In this document: in pieces, positions 1 through 9,926 of the stretch
How positions within the stretch are numbered: position 1 is the stretch's first letter
Layout: each line of letters opens with the position of its first letter
Assembly: GCF_058153355.1 (NCBI RefSeq)
Contig: NZ_CM177019.1
Length of the DNA stretch: 64,000 bases
Strand: one strand, 5' to 3'
The notes under the pieces: generated by a model
The model's database searches: none
What the model saw: the letters and a program-made list of their open reading frames with translations, nothing else
Told to the model about the DNA's origin: nothing
Made by a program: the position numbers and the translations under genes

Positions 1-467
1 GCACCATTACTTCGCTGATTAACGATATTGCGTTTCAGACCAATATTCTCGCCCTGAATGCGGCGGTGGAAGCGGCGCGTGCCGGAGAACAAGGCAAAGG
101 TTTTGCAGTGGTGGCAGGGGAAGTGCGTCATTTAGCCAGCCGCAGTGCTAATGCCGCCAACGATATTCGCAAGCTGATTGATGCCAGTGCTGATAAGGTG
201 CAATCCGGTTCGCAGCAGGTACACGCCGCCGGACGGACGATGGAAGATATTGTGGCGCAGGTAAAAAACGTCACCCAGTTGATAGCTCAGATTAGCCATT
301 CAACGCTGGAACAGTCCGATGGGCTTTCCAGCCTGACCCGTGCAGTGGATGAGCTTAACATGATCACCCAGAAAAATGCCGAGTTAGTGGAAGAGAGTGC
401 GCAGGTGTCGGCGATGGTGAAACACCGCGCCAGCCGACTGGAAGACGCGGTGACGGTGCTGCATTAA
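1..467 (+). CDS. aer: Aerotaxis receptor, C-terminal fragment (methyl-accepting signalling domain); 5' end lies outside the window
   Basis: Reading frame is open from the window edge to the stop at 465-467. Translation carries the conserved MCP signalling motif ([27 protein letters not shown]). Sits next to yqjI as in K-12. Confidence 0.8.
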   Translation, partial: TITSLINDIAFQTNILALNAAVEAARAGEQGKGFAVVAGEVRHLASRSANAANDIRKLIDASADKVQSGSQQVHAAGRTMEDIVAQVKNVTQLIAQISHSTLEQSDGLSSLTRAVDELNMITQKNAELVEESAQVSAMVKHRASRLEDAVTVLH

Positions 468-500
468 TCGGTATGCCGGATATAGCCGTTTGTACACAAT

Positions 501-566
501 GCCTGATGCGATGCTGGCGCATCTTATCAGGCCTACGGGGTGTGTAGGGTACGCCGCATCCGGCAA
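501..566. repeat. REP (repetitive extragenic palindromic) element pair
   Basis: GCCTGATGCGATGCTGGCGCATCTTATCAGGCCTAC followed by GTAGGGTACGCCGCATCCGGCA; matches the GCCGGATGCGGCG/CTTATCAGGCCTAC REP family by eye. Confidence 0.7.
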
Positions 567-573
567 TCGGTGA

Positions 574-1197
574 TTAATCCAGTTGGGTAATATCAAAAGC
601 GGCGCGGTCGATCACCGCAATGATCTTTTTTATTTGTGCATCAGTGATATCGCTCTGGTTGACGCGTAAATCCAGCACCGCTTTAAAATTATCCAATGCC
701 CGCTTCATTTGCGGGTTCTGGCGCAGCGCCGCGCCAACGCAACGCGCTTTGATGCGTTCTTCAATCATCTCCACTTGTTCGCGGTTTTCTTCCAGCCACT
801 GCGCGCCTTGTTCGGTCAGCGCAATCTGCTTCTTACCACCTTCCTCTTCGCGGATGGTAATCAGCGACTGCTCCTGCAGAAAATCCAGCGTCGGGTAGAT
901 GACGCCCGGGCTTGGGGTGTAATTTCCCTGGGTCAGATTTTCAATCGCTTTAATCAATTCGTAACCGTGGCTGTCATCGCGCGAGAGAATATCCAGAATC
1001 ACCAGACGCAATTCGCCGTGACCAAAGAAACGTTGCCGACGACCGCCGCCGCGACCGTGGCGACCACCGCAGCATTGACCGTGTTCATGCTGGTGACCGT
1101 GTCCACAGTGTTCATGTTCTGATTTCTCACCTTTGCAGCAGCCTTCATGGCGTGGCTGGCCTTCATGTTTACAACACCCTTCGTGATGATGGCTCAT
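574..1197 (-). CDS. yqjI: PadR-family transcriptional repressor with His/Cys-rich N-terminal metal-binding tail
   Basis: 207-aa ORF; N-terminus MSHHHEGCCKHEG...HEHCGHGHQHEHGQCCGG; divergent from yqjH as in K-12. Confidence 0.85.
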   Translation of the reverse strand: MSHHHEGCCKHEGQPRHEGCCKGEKSEHEHCGHGHQHEHGQCCGGRHGRGGGRRQRFFGHGELRLVILDILSRDDSHGYELIKAIENLTQGNYTPSPGVIYPTLDFLQEQSLITIREEEGGKKQIALTEQGAQWLEENREQVEMIEERIKARCVGAALRQNPQMKRALDNFKAVLDLRVNQSDITDAQIKKIIAVIDRAAFDITQLD

Positions 1198-1217
1198 ATC
1201 AGCCTCCTTTTGCTTAA

Positions 1218-1232
1218 TTAGATATATCTAAT
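1218..1232. promoter_or_regulatory. Palindromic candidate operator (TTAGATATATCTAA) just upstream of the yqjI start
   Basis: Near-perfect palindrome seen directly in the sequence, about 20 nt from the yqjI start codon; a near-identical copy sits at 1447-1459. Confidence 0.45.
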
Positions 1233-1297
1233 TTATATCTGATGTAAGCATTAGTGCAAGTGTAAAAATGATTTTTAAACGTGGACTCATCTCACAC

Positions 1298-1333
1298 GTA
1301 GGCCGGATAAGGCGTTCACGCCGCATCCGGCGT
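1298..1333. repeat. REP element in the yqjI-yqjH intergenic region
   Basis: GTAGGCCGGATAAGGCGTTCACGCCGCATCCGGCG; typical REP palindrome. Confidence 0.7.
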
Positions 1334-1413
1334 TGAGTAATGATGCCTGAGAAGAGGCGGTTCGTCTTATCAGACTATAGACATATCAGTTCTACAAATC
1401 GCTTGCATTTATC

Positions 1414-1434
1414 ATGATTAACAATCATTATCAT
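1414..1434. promoter_or_regulatory. Candidate Fur box upstream of yqjH
   Basis: ATGATTAACAATCATTATCAT resembles the Fur consensus GATAATGATAATCATTATC; yqjH encodes a siderophore-interacting reductase. Confidence 0.45.
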
Positions 1435-1446
1435 TTACGAAAATTA

Positions 1447-1459
1447 TTTAGATATATCT
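1447..1459. promoter_or_regulatory. Second copy of the TTTAGATATATCT palindrome, 25 nt upstream of the yqjH start
   Basis: Direct sequence repeat of the motif at 1218-1232. Confidence 0.45.
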
Positions 1460-1484
1460 GATTATCATCACGAAGGCGATAACA

Positions 1485-2249
1485 ATGAATAATTCCCCCA
1501 GCTACCCACAGCGCGTTCGCAATGATCTGCGCTTCCGTGAACTGACTGTGTTACGCGTTGAGCGTATCAGTGCCGGTTTTCAGCGCATTGTCCTCGGCGG
1601 CGAGGCGCTGGACGGTTTTACATCGCGCGGCTTTGACGATCACAGCAAACTCTTCTTTCCTCAATCTGACGTTCACTTTGTGCCGCCAACGGTAACGGAA
1701 GAGGGGATCGTCTGGCCGGAAGGACCACGCCCACCGTCGCGTGACTATACGCCACTGTATGACGAACAACGTCATGAACTGGCGATCGATTTCTTTATTC
1801 ACGACGGCGGAGTCGCCAGCAGCTGGGCGATGCAGGCGCAACCGGGCGATAAACTCACGGTGGCGGGGCCGCGCGGTTCGCTGGTGGTGCCGGAAGATTA
1901 CGCGTATCAGGTGTATGTTTGCGATGAGTCCGGAATGCCGGCACTGCGCCGCCGCCTGGAAACGTTGAGTAAACTTGCCGTTAAACCGCAAGTTACCGCG
2001 CTGGTCAGCGTACAGGATAACGCCTGTCAGGATTATCTCGCGCACCTTGATGGTTTTAATATCGAATGGTTGGCGCATGATGAGCAGGCGGTAGACGCAC
2101 GCCTGGCGCAGCTGCAAATCCCTGCCGATGATTACTTCATCTGGATAACCGGCGAAGGCAAAGTCGTTAAGAATTTAAGCAGCCGCTTTGAAGCGGAACA
2201 GTATGACCCACAGCGGGTACGCGCAGCGGCTTACTGGCACGAAAAGTAA
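1485..2249 (+). CDS. yqjH: NADPH-dependent ferric-siderophore reductase (siderophore-interacting protein family)
   Basis: 254-aa ORF with an FAD-binding fold signature; synteny with yqjI and ileX. Confidence 0.85.
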   Translation: MNNSPSYPQRVRNDLRFRELTVLRVERISAGFQRIVLGGEALDGFTSRGFDDHSKLFFPQSDVHFVPPTVTEEGIVWPEGPRPPSRDYTPLYDEQRHELAIDFFIHDGGVASSWAMQAQPGDKLTVAGPRGSLVVPEDYAYQVYVCDESGMPALRRRLETLSKLAVKPQVTALVSVQDNACQDYLAHLDGFNIEWLAHDEQAVDARLAQLQIPADDYFIWITGEGKVVKNLSSRFEAEQYDPQRVRAAAYWHEK

Positions 2250-2255
2250 CTGATA

Positions 2256-2292
2256 TATAAAAAGAAAAAGGCTGACGATTTCTCGTCAGCCT
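2256..2292 (-). terminator. Rho-independent terminator downstream of the tRNA; hairpin also follows yqjH on the + strand
   Basis: Stem AGGCTGACGA / TCGTCAGCCT with a 5-nt loop; the minus strand then reads TTTTTCTTTTT. Confidence 0.7.
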
Positions 2293-2302
2293 TTGCTATG
2301 TC

Positions 2303-2378
2303 TGGTGGCCCCTGCTGGACTTGAACCAGCGACCAAGCGATTATGAGTCGCCTGCTCTAACCACTGAGCTAAGGGGCC
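2303..2378 (-). tRNA. ileX: tRNA with CAU anticodon, likely tRNA-Ile2 (lysidine-modified); elongator tRNA-Met not excluded
   Basis: Reverse complement reads GGCCCCTTAGCTCAGTGGTTAGAGCAGGCGACTCATAATCGCTTGGTCGCTGGTTCAAGTCCAGCAGGGGCCACCA: cloverleaf, CAT anticodon, encoded CCA. Position between yqjH and mug matches K-12 ileX. Confidence 0.85.
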
Positions 2379-2502
2379 ATGGTAGCGGATTATAAAGTAA
2401 CTCCGTGTCGCAATCCAGCCATTACCGCTCGCCTGCTGTTTTTATAAACAATGTATTTTCAATCCGTTATACTTTTCCTGGTGATGTTAGAAAGGAGTAA
2501 AT

Positions 2503-3008
2503 ATGGTTGAGGATATTTTGGCTCCAGGGTTACGGGTTGTGTTTTGCGGTATCAATCCTGGTCTTTCATCCGCCGGAACTGGTTTTCCCTTTGCTCATCC
2601 GGCAAATCGCTTCTGGAAGGTGATATATCAGGCTGGGTTTACCGACCGTCAGTTGAAGCCGCAGGAGGCACAGCATCTGCTGGATTATCGTTGTGGTGTC
2701 ACCAAACTGGTAGACCGTCCAACGGTGCAAGCCAATGAAGTTTCAAAGCAGGAGCTGCACGCAGGCGGGCGTAAGCTGATTGAAAAATTGAGGATTATCA
2801 ACCACAAGCGTTGGCGATCCTCGGCAAACAGGCTTATGAGCAGGGCTTTAGCCAGCGCGGCACGCACTGGGGGAAACAAACGCTCACTATTGGTTCGACG
2901 CAGATTTGGGTACTGCCAAATCCCAGCGGTTTAAGTCGCGTTTCACTGGAGAAACTGGTTGAGGCGTATCGGGAACTGGACCAGGCGTTGGTAGTGCGTG
3001 GGCGATAA
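2503..3008 (+). pseudogene. mug: G/U mismatch-specific DNA glycosylase gene carrying a -1 frameshift in an A5 run (2783-2787)
   Basis: The frame from 2503 reads ...GRKLIEK then runs into unrelated sequence to 2934. The +2 frame from 2784 reads [22 protein letters not shown]...ALVVRGR to the stop at 3008. The two halves join only if one A is added to the homopolymer. Confidence 0.8.
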
Positions 3009-3015
3009 AAAACGC

Positions 3016-3028
3016 CACCGAAAAGGTG
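3016..3028. repeat. 13-bp target-site duplication, left copy (CACCGAAAAGGTG)
   Basis: Identical 13-mer directly flanks both ends of the IS element. Confidence 0.85.
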
Positions 3029-4454
3029 TAATGCCGATCAGTTAAGGATCAGTTGACCGATCCAGTGGCTGTGTAAGAATCCGGAAACGCTCACTTGTTT
3101 CCGGATTTTTTTATGCACATTGGACAGGCTCTTGATCTGGTATCCCGTTACGATTCTCTGCGTAACCCACTGACTTCTCTGGGGGATTACCTCGACCCCG
3201 AACTCATCTCTCGTTGCCTTGCCGAATCAGGTACTGTAACGCTACGCAAGCGCCGTCTTCCCCTCGAAATGATGGTCTGGTGTATTGTTGGCATGGCGCT
3301 TGAGCGTAAAGAACCTCTTCACCAGATTGTGAATCGCCTGGACATCATGCTGCCGGGCAATCGCCCCTTCGTTGCCCCCAGTGCCGTTATTCAGGCCCGC
3401 CAGCGCCTGGGAAGTGAGGCTGTCCGCCGCGTGTTCACGAAAACAGCGCAGCTCTGGCATAACGCCACGCCGCATCCGCACTGGTGCGGCCTGACCCTGC
3501 TGGCCATCGATGGTGTGTTCTGGCGCACACCGGATACACCAGAGAACGATGCAGCCTTCCCCCGCCAGACACATGCCGGGAACCCGGCGCTCTACCCGCA
3601 GGTCAAAATGGTCTGCCAGATGGAACTGACCAGCCATCTGCTGACGGCTGCAGCCTTCGGCACGATGAAGAACAGCGAAAATGAGCTTGCTGAGCAACTT
3701 ATAGAACAAACCGGCGATAACACTCTGACGTTAATGGATAAAGGTTATTACTCACTGGGACTGTTAAATGCCTGGAGCCTGGCGGGAGAACACCGCCACT
3801 GGATGATACCTCTCAGAAAGGGAGCGCAATATGAAGAGATCAGAAAACTGGGTAAAGGCGATCATCTGGTGAAGCTGAAAACCAGCCCGCAGGCACGAAA
3901 AAAGTGGCCGGGACTGGGAAATGAAGTGACAGCCCGCCTGCTGACCGTGACGCGCAAAGGAAAAGTCTGCCATCTGCTGACGTCGATGACGGACGCCATG
4001 CGCTTCCCCGGAGGAGAAATGGCGGATCTGTACAGTCATCGCTGGGAAATCGAACTGGGATACAGGGAGATAAAACAGACGATGCAACTGAGCAGGCTGA
4101 CGCTGAGAAGTAAAAAGCCGGAGCTTGTGGAGCAAGAGCTGTGGGGTGTCTTACTGGCTTATAATCTGGTGAGATATCAGATGATTAAAATGGCGGAACA
4201 TCTGAAAGGTTACTGGCCGAATCAACTGAGTTTCTCAGAATCATGCGGAATGGTGATGAGAATGCTGATGACATTGCAGGGCGCTTCACCGGGACGTATA
4301 CCGGAGCTGATGCGCGATCTTGCAAGTATGGGACAACTTGTGAAATTACCGACAAGAAGGGAAAGGGCCTTCCCGAGAGTGGTAAAGGAGAGGCCCTGGA
4401 AATACCCCACAGCCCCGAAAAAGAGCCAGTCAGTTGCTTAACTGACTGGCATTA
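3029..4454 (+). mobile_element. IS4 insertion sequence, 1426 bp, complete
   Basis: 18-bp imperfect terminal inverted repeats TAATGCCGATCAGTTAAG (3029-3046) and CTTAACTGACTGGCATTA (4437-4454); single transposase ORF; 13-bp direct repeats at both ends; length matches IS4. Confidence 0.9.
3113..4441 (+). CDS. insG: IS4 transposase (DDE family)
   Basis: ORF 3095-4441; start at [16 protein letters not shown] gives 442 aa. Recognised as the IS4 transposase. Confidence 0.85.
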   Translation: MHIGQALDLVSRYDSLRNPLTSLGDYLDPELISRCLAESGTVTLRKRRLPLEMMVWCIVGMALERKEPLHQIVNRLDIMLPGNRPFVAPSAVIQARQRLGSEAVRRVFTKTAQLWHNATPHPHWCGLTLLAIDGVFWRTPDTPENDAAFPRQTHAGNPALYPQVKMVCQMELTSHLLTAAAFGTMKNSENELAEQLIEQTGDNTLTLMDKGYYSLGLLNAWSLAGEHRHWMIPLRKGAQYEEIRKLGKGDHLVKLKTSPQARKKWPGLGNEVTARLLTVTRKGKVCHLLTSMTDAMRFPGGEMADLYSHRWEIELGYREIKQTMQLSRLTLRSKKPELVEQELWGVLLAYNLVRYQMIKMAEHLKGYWPNQLSFSESCGMVMRMLMTLQGASPGRIPELMRDLASMGQLVKLPTRRERAFPRVVKERPWKYPTAPKKSQSVA

Positions 4455-4467
4455 CACCGAAAAGGTG
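4455..4467. repeat. 13-bp target-site duplication, right copy (CACCGAAAAGGTG)
   Basis: Identical to 3016-3028. Confidence 0.85.
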
Positions 4468-4525
4468 GCGTTTGTGCAAAGGGAAAAGTGCCGGATGTGG
4501 CGTAACGCCTGATCCGGCCTACCGA

Positions 4526-6367
4526 TTAATCGTCCAGGAAGCTACGCAGCACTTCAGAACGGCTCGGGTGACGCAGTTTACGCAGCGCCTTCGCTTCGAT
4601 CTGACGGATACGTTCGCGGGTAACGTCGAACTGTTTACCCACTTCTTCCAGCGTGTGGTCGGTGTTCATGTCGATACCGAAACGCATACGCAGAACTTTC
4701 GCTTCACGCGCGGTCAGGCCAGCCAGCACGTCGTGCGTTGCCGCACGCAGGCTTTCAGTGGTCGCAGAATCCAGCGGCAGCTCGAGGGTGGTATCCTCGA
4801 TGAAATCCCCCAGATGCGAATCTTCATCATCACCGATCGGCGTTTCCATGGAGATTGGCTCTTTGGCGATTTTCAGCACTTTGCGGATCTTGTCTTCCGG
4901 CATCAGCATACGTTCAGCCAGTTCTTCCGGCGTCGGCTCGCGGCCCATCTCTTGCAGCATCTGGCGAGAAATACGGTTGAGCTTGTTGATAGTCTCAATC
5001 ATATGCACCGGAATACGGATGGTGCGCGCCTGATCCGCGATAGAACGGGTGATAGCCTGACGAATCCACCAGGTTGCGTAGGTGGAGAATTTGTAACCAC
5101 GGCGATATTCGAACTTATCTACCGCTTTCATCAGGCCGATGTTACCTTCCTGAATCAGGTCAAGGAACTGCAAGCCACGGTTGGTGTATTTCTTGGCGAT
5201 AGAAATAACCAGACGTAAGTTCGCTTCAACCATCTCTTTCTTCGCACGGCGGGCTTTCGCTTCACCGATGGACATACGACGGTTGATATCTTTAACCTGC
5301 TCGATGGTCAGGCCGGTTTCTTCTTCAATCTGCTGCAGTTTCTGCAGGGCGCGATGCACTTCTTCAGAGACATCGTGCAGTTTTTCCGACCACGGCTTGT
5401 TCATCGCAATTGCCGCGTTGAACCAGGTATCGCTGGTTTCGTTGCCGGTAAACAGGGTAATGAAGTTTTTCTTCGGCATTTTGCACTGCTCAACGCAGAG
5501 CTTCATGATCAGACGTTCTTGCGTACGAACGCGGTCCATCATGACGCGCATGCTGTTGACCAGGTAGTCAAACTGCTTCGGCACCAGGCGGAACTGTTTG
5601 AATACTTCAGACAGTTTCAGGATCTCTTCCTGAGCGGCAGCGTGACTGCGACCTTTCGCTTTGATGGTGTCACGCGTTACAACGTACTGAGCGCGCAGTT
5701 CCGCAAATTTTTCGCGAGCCAGTTCCGGGTCGATGCTGTTGTCATCATCGGCGCTATCGTCATCGCCATCTTCTTCGTCTTCATCTTCGTCATCGTCCAG
5801 ATCTTCCTGGGAAAGCTCAGAACCGACGTGAGTGGCGGTAGGTGCCAGATCTTCTTCTGCGTTCGGGTCAACAAAGCCGGTGATCAGATCGGACAGACGC
5901 GCTTCTTCTGCTTCAACACGATCGTACTGTTCCAGCAGATAGGTGATCGCTTCCGGATATTCAGCAACGGAGCATTGAACCTGGTTGATCCCGTCTTCAA
6001 TACGCTTAGCGATGTCAATTTCGCCTTCGCGGGTCAACAGTTCAACGGTGCCCATTTCACGCATGTACATGCGTACCGGGTCAGTCGTGCGCCCGATTTC
6101 AGATTCCACGCTGGAAAGCACCTGCGCGGCGGCTTCGGCAGCATCTTCGTCCGCGGTGTTTTCAGCCAGCATCAGATCATCGGCATCCGGTGCTTCTTCC
6201 ATCACCTGAATGCCCATGTCGTTGATCATTTGGATGATGTCTTCGATCTGATCTGAATCGACGATATCTTCCGGCAGATGGTCATTGACCTCGGCATAGG
6301 TCAGATAGCCTTGCTCCTTACCACGGGTGACAAGAAGTTTCAGCTGTGACTGCGGGTTTTGCTCCAT
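4526..6367 (-). CDS. rpoD: RNA polymerase sigma-70 (primary sigma factor)
   Basis: 613 aa; acidic region 1.1; regions 2-4; C-terminal ...[14 protein letters not shown]. Confidence 0.97.
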   Translation of the reverse strand: MEQNPQSQLKLLVTRGKEQGYLTYAEVNDHLPEDIVDSDQIEDIIQMINDMGIQVMEEAPDADDLMLAENTADEDAAEAAAQVLSSVESEIGRTTDPVRMYMREMGTVELLTREGEIDIAKRIEDGINQVQCSVAEYPEAITYLLEQYDRVEAEEARLSDLITGFVDPNAEEDLAPTATHVGSELSQEDLDDDEDEDEEDGDDDSADDDNSIDPELAREKFAELRAQYVVTRDTIKAKGRSHAAAQEEILKLSEVFKQFRLVPKQFDYLVNSMRVMMDRVRTQERLIMKLCVEQCKMPKKNFITLFTGNETSDTWFNAAIAMNKPWSEKLHDVSEEVHRALQKLQQIEEETGLTIEQVKDINRRMSIGEAKARRAKKEMVEANLRLVISIAKKYTNRGLQFLDLIQEGNIGLMKAVDKFEYRRGYKFSTYATWWIRQAITRSIADQARTIRIPVHMIETINKLNRISRQMLQEMGREPTPEELAERMLMPEDKIRKVLKIAKEPISMETPIGDDEDSHLGDFIEDTTLELPLDSATTESLRAATHDVLAGLTAREAKVLRMRFGIDMNTDHTLEEVGKQFDVTRERIRQIEAKALRKLRHPSRSEVLRSFLDD

Positions 6368-6561
6368 AAGACGGTATCCACACTTATTTCATGAGGTTGG
6401 TGTTGGGCGATTGACCCGCTGTCCTTCAGCCGTTAACGCTGAAATCCAACGGTTATTTACCGCCAACGATAATTACGAGGGCGTACTTATATATTTGCCG
6501 CTGCCTCTCAGTGCGGCTGTCGGGGGCTTCCCGATCGCTCTTCGGCACTTAAGCCGTTAAA

Positions 6562-8307
6562 TTACTTTTTCGCCAGCTCCTGGTTTAATGTCCAGAGCTC
6601 CAGGCGTTCTTCGTTGCTTAAACCATGCGTGCGCTCACGAGCGATTAACTCTTCCTGGCGCAGTTCAAGCAGCGAATCAAACATATGGTTGAGTGAGTCG
6701 GTGAAGGTTTGCTCAGCAATATTCCTATCTGCTATATCGTCCCACATCGACAGTTTTTCAAGGGTGGCAGCATTATTTGTACCACGATAGTGCTCTAAAA
6801 GTTGCCCGGTGGTCAGACCTGGCTGAGAGAGACAAGTGTTGACCAGTTCTCTGAATAAGCCAAGTCCAGGGAGCTTATTTTCATCCAGATTCTCAAGCGG
6901 CGGGACCAATGTCGCTAATTCTGGATTTTGCACCAGCAACCCTATAAGTATACGCATGGTCGTGCGTTTTAGCTGTGGAACAGGGCGAGAAACGCTGCTC
7001 TCCGCCGCTTTTGGCATTAATCGTTCAAGCTGGCTGTCATCAAGTATGCCTAATTTGTTGCCTAATTCCTGACGAAGATATATTCGCAGCGTTTCGCCCG
7101 GCACCTGCGATATCAATGGCAGTGCCAGCGTACTCAAACGTGTGCGCCCGTCAGGGGTACTCAGATCAACTTGCGGCATCAGACTGTTAAACAGAAAAGC
7201 GGAGAGCGGCATCGCCTGCTCCATCCGCGCTTCAAACGCTTCTTTACCTTCTTTGCGCACCAGCGTGTCAGGGTCTTCGCCATCAGGCAAAAACATAAAA
7301 CGTAGCTGCCGTCCGTCTGTCATGTAAGGCAACGCCGTTTCCAACGCTCGCCAGGCAGCATCGCGACCTGCACGGTCGCCGTCATAACAGCAAATGACAT
7401 TGTTGGTCGCGCGGAACAACAACTGAATGTGATCGGCAGTGGTTGACGTGCCTAACGACGCGACAGCGTAATTAATGCCGTATTGCGCCAGCGCCACCAC
7501 GTCCATATAGCCTTCGACCACAAGCAGACGATTGGGTTCAGCGTTATCCTGCTGCGCCTCATAAAGACCGTATAGCTGGCGGCCTTTATGGAAAATATCG
7601 GTTTCCGGCGAGTTCAGGTATTTGGGGGTATCGTTGCCCAGCACGCGCCCGCCAAAACCAATTACCCGACCGCGTTTATCGCGAATGGGGAACATCACCC
7701 GCTCGCGGAAACGATCGTAACTACGCCCCTGATCGTTGGTGACCAACATGCCCGCATCAATCAATGACTGACGATTTTCTGGATTACCGCCAAACCGTTT
7801 CAGGACGTTGTCCCAGCCGGGGGGCGCAAAACCAATCGCAAAGCGGGCGATAACCTCGTGGCTTAGTCCGCGTTTTTCCAGATACTGGCGCGCAGACGTG
7901 GCAACAGGTTGCTGTAAAGATTGTTGGTAAAACGTATTCAGACCGTCCATCAACTGATAAAGCGTTTGCCGTTGATGGCGTTCGATCTGACTGGGGCCGC
8001 TGCCTGCTTCAAATGGCACTTCAAGATTGTGCATTGCCGCCAGCTCTTCGACCGTTTCGACGAACTCGAGCTTGTCATAGTTCATCAGGAAGTCGATCGC
8101 GTTGCCGTGCGCGCCACATCCAAAGCAGTGGTAAAACTGTTTTTCACCGTTAACGGTGAATGACGGGGTTTTCTCGTTGTGGAATGGACAACACGCGTGA
8201 AAATTCTTGCCCTGCTTTTTCAGCTTTACACGGGCATCGATCAGATCGACGATGTCAGTGCGTGCCAGCAGATCATTAATGAATACGCGTGGGATTCGTC
8301 CAGCCAT
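6562..8307 (-). CDS. dnaG: DNA primase
   Basis: 581 aa; zinc-binding CPFHNEKTPSF motif and TOPRIM domain; rpsU-dnaG-rpoD operon order. Confidence 0.95.
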   Translation of the reverse strand: MAGRIPRVFINDLLARTDIVDLIDARVKLKKQGKNFHACCPFHNEKTPSFTVNGEKQFYHCFGCGAHGNAIDFLMNYDKLEFVETVEELAAMHNLEVPFEAGSGPSQIERHQRQTLYQLMDGLNTFYQQSLQQPVATSARQYLEKRGLSHEVIARFAIGFAPPGWDNVLKRFGGNPENRQSLIDAGMLVTNDQGRSYDRFRERVMFPIRDKRGRVIGFGGRVLGNDTPKYLNSPETDIFHKGRQLYGLYEAQQDNAEPNRLLVVEGYMDVVALAQYGINYAVASLGTSTTADHIQLLFRATNNVICCYDGDRAGRDAAWRALETALPYMTDGRQLRFMFLPDGEDPDTLVRKEGKEAFEARMEQAMPLSAFLFNSLMPQVDLSTPDGRTRLSTLALPLISQVPGETLRIYLRQELGNKLGILDDSQLERLMPKAAESSVSRPVPQLKRTTMRILIGLLVQNPELATLVPPLENLDENKLPGLGLFRELVNTCLSQPGLTTGQLLEHYRGTNNAATLEKLSMWDDIADRNIAEQTFTDSLNHMFDSLLELRQEELIARERTHGLSNEERLELWTLNQELAKK

Positions 8308-8417
8308 AGGCCCCGATTTTTAGCAATTCATAAACGAAAATAAGCCGCGCATTCCTTTCGGAAGCACGGCCTTACAACTACAACTCGGTCTGATCGGAGA
8401 GCAACGCTCTCGGGGAA

Positions 8418-8672
<255 letters not shown>

Positions 8673-8870
8673 TCAACGCCAGCTTATTTCAAAATGGTGC
8701 GGAATTTTACTGCAATTGCTGCTGCTTTGTAAAGCACCGCGGCCTTTTTTGAAAGGGACTTTTATAAGGGTGAGGAGTATACACGAGGCTTTCTCCAGGG
8801 GCGAACAAAGTTTTACATCAACCCGCATTGGTCCTACACTGCGCGGTAATAAAGCGAGGTAAAACAAGTC

Positions 8871-9884
8871 ATGCGTGTACTGGGTATTGAAACTTCCTGC
8901 GATGAAACCGGCATCGCCATTTACGACGATGAAAAAGGTTTGTTAGCCAACCAATTGTATAGTCAGGTGAAATTGCACGCTGACTACGGCGGCGTCGTGC
9001 CTGAACTGGCCTCCCGCGATCACGTGCGTAAAACCGTACCGTTGATCCAGGAGGCGCTGAAAGAGTCCGGTTTAACGGCAAAAGACATTGACGCCGTGGC
9101 CTATACTGCAGGCCCTGGATTAGTCGGTGCGCTGTTGGTTGGCGCAACGGTCGGGCGTTCACTGGCGTTTGCCTGGGGCGTTCCGGCGATCCCTGTACAC
9201 CATATGGAAGGGCATCTGTTAGCGCCGATGCTGGAAGATAACCCACCGGAATTTCCGTTTGTCGCGTTGCTGGTTTCCGGCGGCCATACGCAGTTAATCA
9301 GCGTGACTGGCATTGGTCAGTACGAGCTGCTCGGAGAGTCTATCGATGATGCCGCCGGGGAAGCGTTTGATAAAACCGCGAAGCTGCTGGGGCTGGATTA
9401 TCCTGGCGGGCCATTACTGTCGAAAATGGCGGCTCAGGGTACTGCCGGGCGCTTTGTCTTCCCGCGCCCGATGACCGACCGTCCGGGGCTGGATTTCAGC
9501 TTTTCTGGTCTGAAAACCTTTGCGGCAAATACCATTCGTGATAACGGCACCGACGACCAGACGCGTGCTGATATCGCCCGCGCCTTTGAAGATGCGGTGG
9601 TCGATACGTTGATGATTAAGTGTAAGCGAGCGCTGGATCAGACGGGCTTTAAGCGACTGGTAATGGCAGGCGGCGTGAGTGCTAACCGCACGTTACGGGC
9701 GAAGCTGGCTGAAATGATGAAAAAACGCCGTGGCGAAGTGTTCTACGCGCGTCCGGAATTTTGTACTGATAACGGCGCGATGATCGCCTATGCCGGAATG
9801 GTGCGGTTTAAAGCAGGCGCGACGGCGGATCTCGGCGTTAGCGTGCGTCCGCGCTGGCCGCTGGCAGAGTTACCGGCCGCGTAA
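8871..9884 (+). CDS. tsaD: tRNA N6-threonylcarbamoyladenosine biosynthesis protein TsaD (Kae1/YgjD family)
   Basis: 337 aa, [20 protein letters not shown]...; divergent from rpsU. Confidence 0.93.
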   Translation: MRVLGIETSCDETGIAIYDDEKGLLANQLYSQVKLHADYGGVVPELASRDHVRKTVPLIQEALKESGLTAKDIDAVAYTAGPGLVGALLVGATVGRSLAFAWGVPAIPVHHMEGHLLAPMLEDNPPEFPFVALLVSGGHTQLISVTGIGQYELLGESIDDAAGEAFDKTAKLLGLDYPGGPLLSKMAAQGTAGRFVFPRPMTDRPGLDFSFSGLKTFAANTIRDNGTDDQTRADIARAFEDAVVDTLMIKCKRALDQTGFKRLVMAGGVSANRTLRAKLAEMMKKRRGEVFYARPEFCTDNGAMIAYAGMVRFKAGATADLGVSVRPRWPLAELPAA

Positions 9885-9926
9885 AACTATTAGGTGCCGG
9901 AGAGTCACTTCCGGCACCGTCCTCAC

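Noticed and set aside
709-1122. 137-aa ORF on the plus strand overlapping yqjI
   Set aside because: Antisense to the yqjI His/Cys-rich coding region; repetitive translation is a mirror artefact of that low-complexity segment.
4243-4512. 89-aa ORF spanning the IS4 right end and target-site duplication
   Set aside because: Overlaps the transposase C-terminus in another frame and crosses the IS boundary; a fusion artefact, not a gene.
5354-6256. 300-aa ORF on the plus strand inside rpoD
   Set aside because: Entirely antisense to the sigma-70 coding region; low-complexity translation; typical spurious open frame opposite a highly expressed gene.
6327-6560. 77-aa ORF in the dnaG-rpoD intergenic region
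   Set aside because: Lies on the strand opposite to the operon in a region expected to hold internal rpoD promoters and processing signals; no start context.
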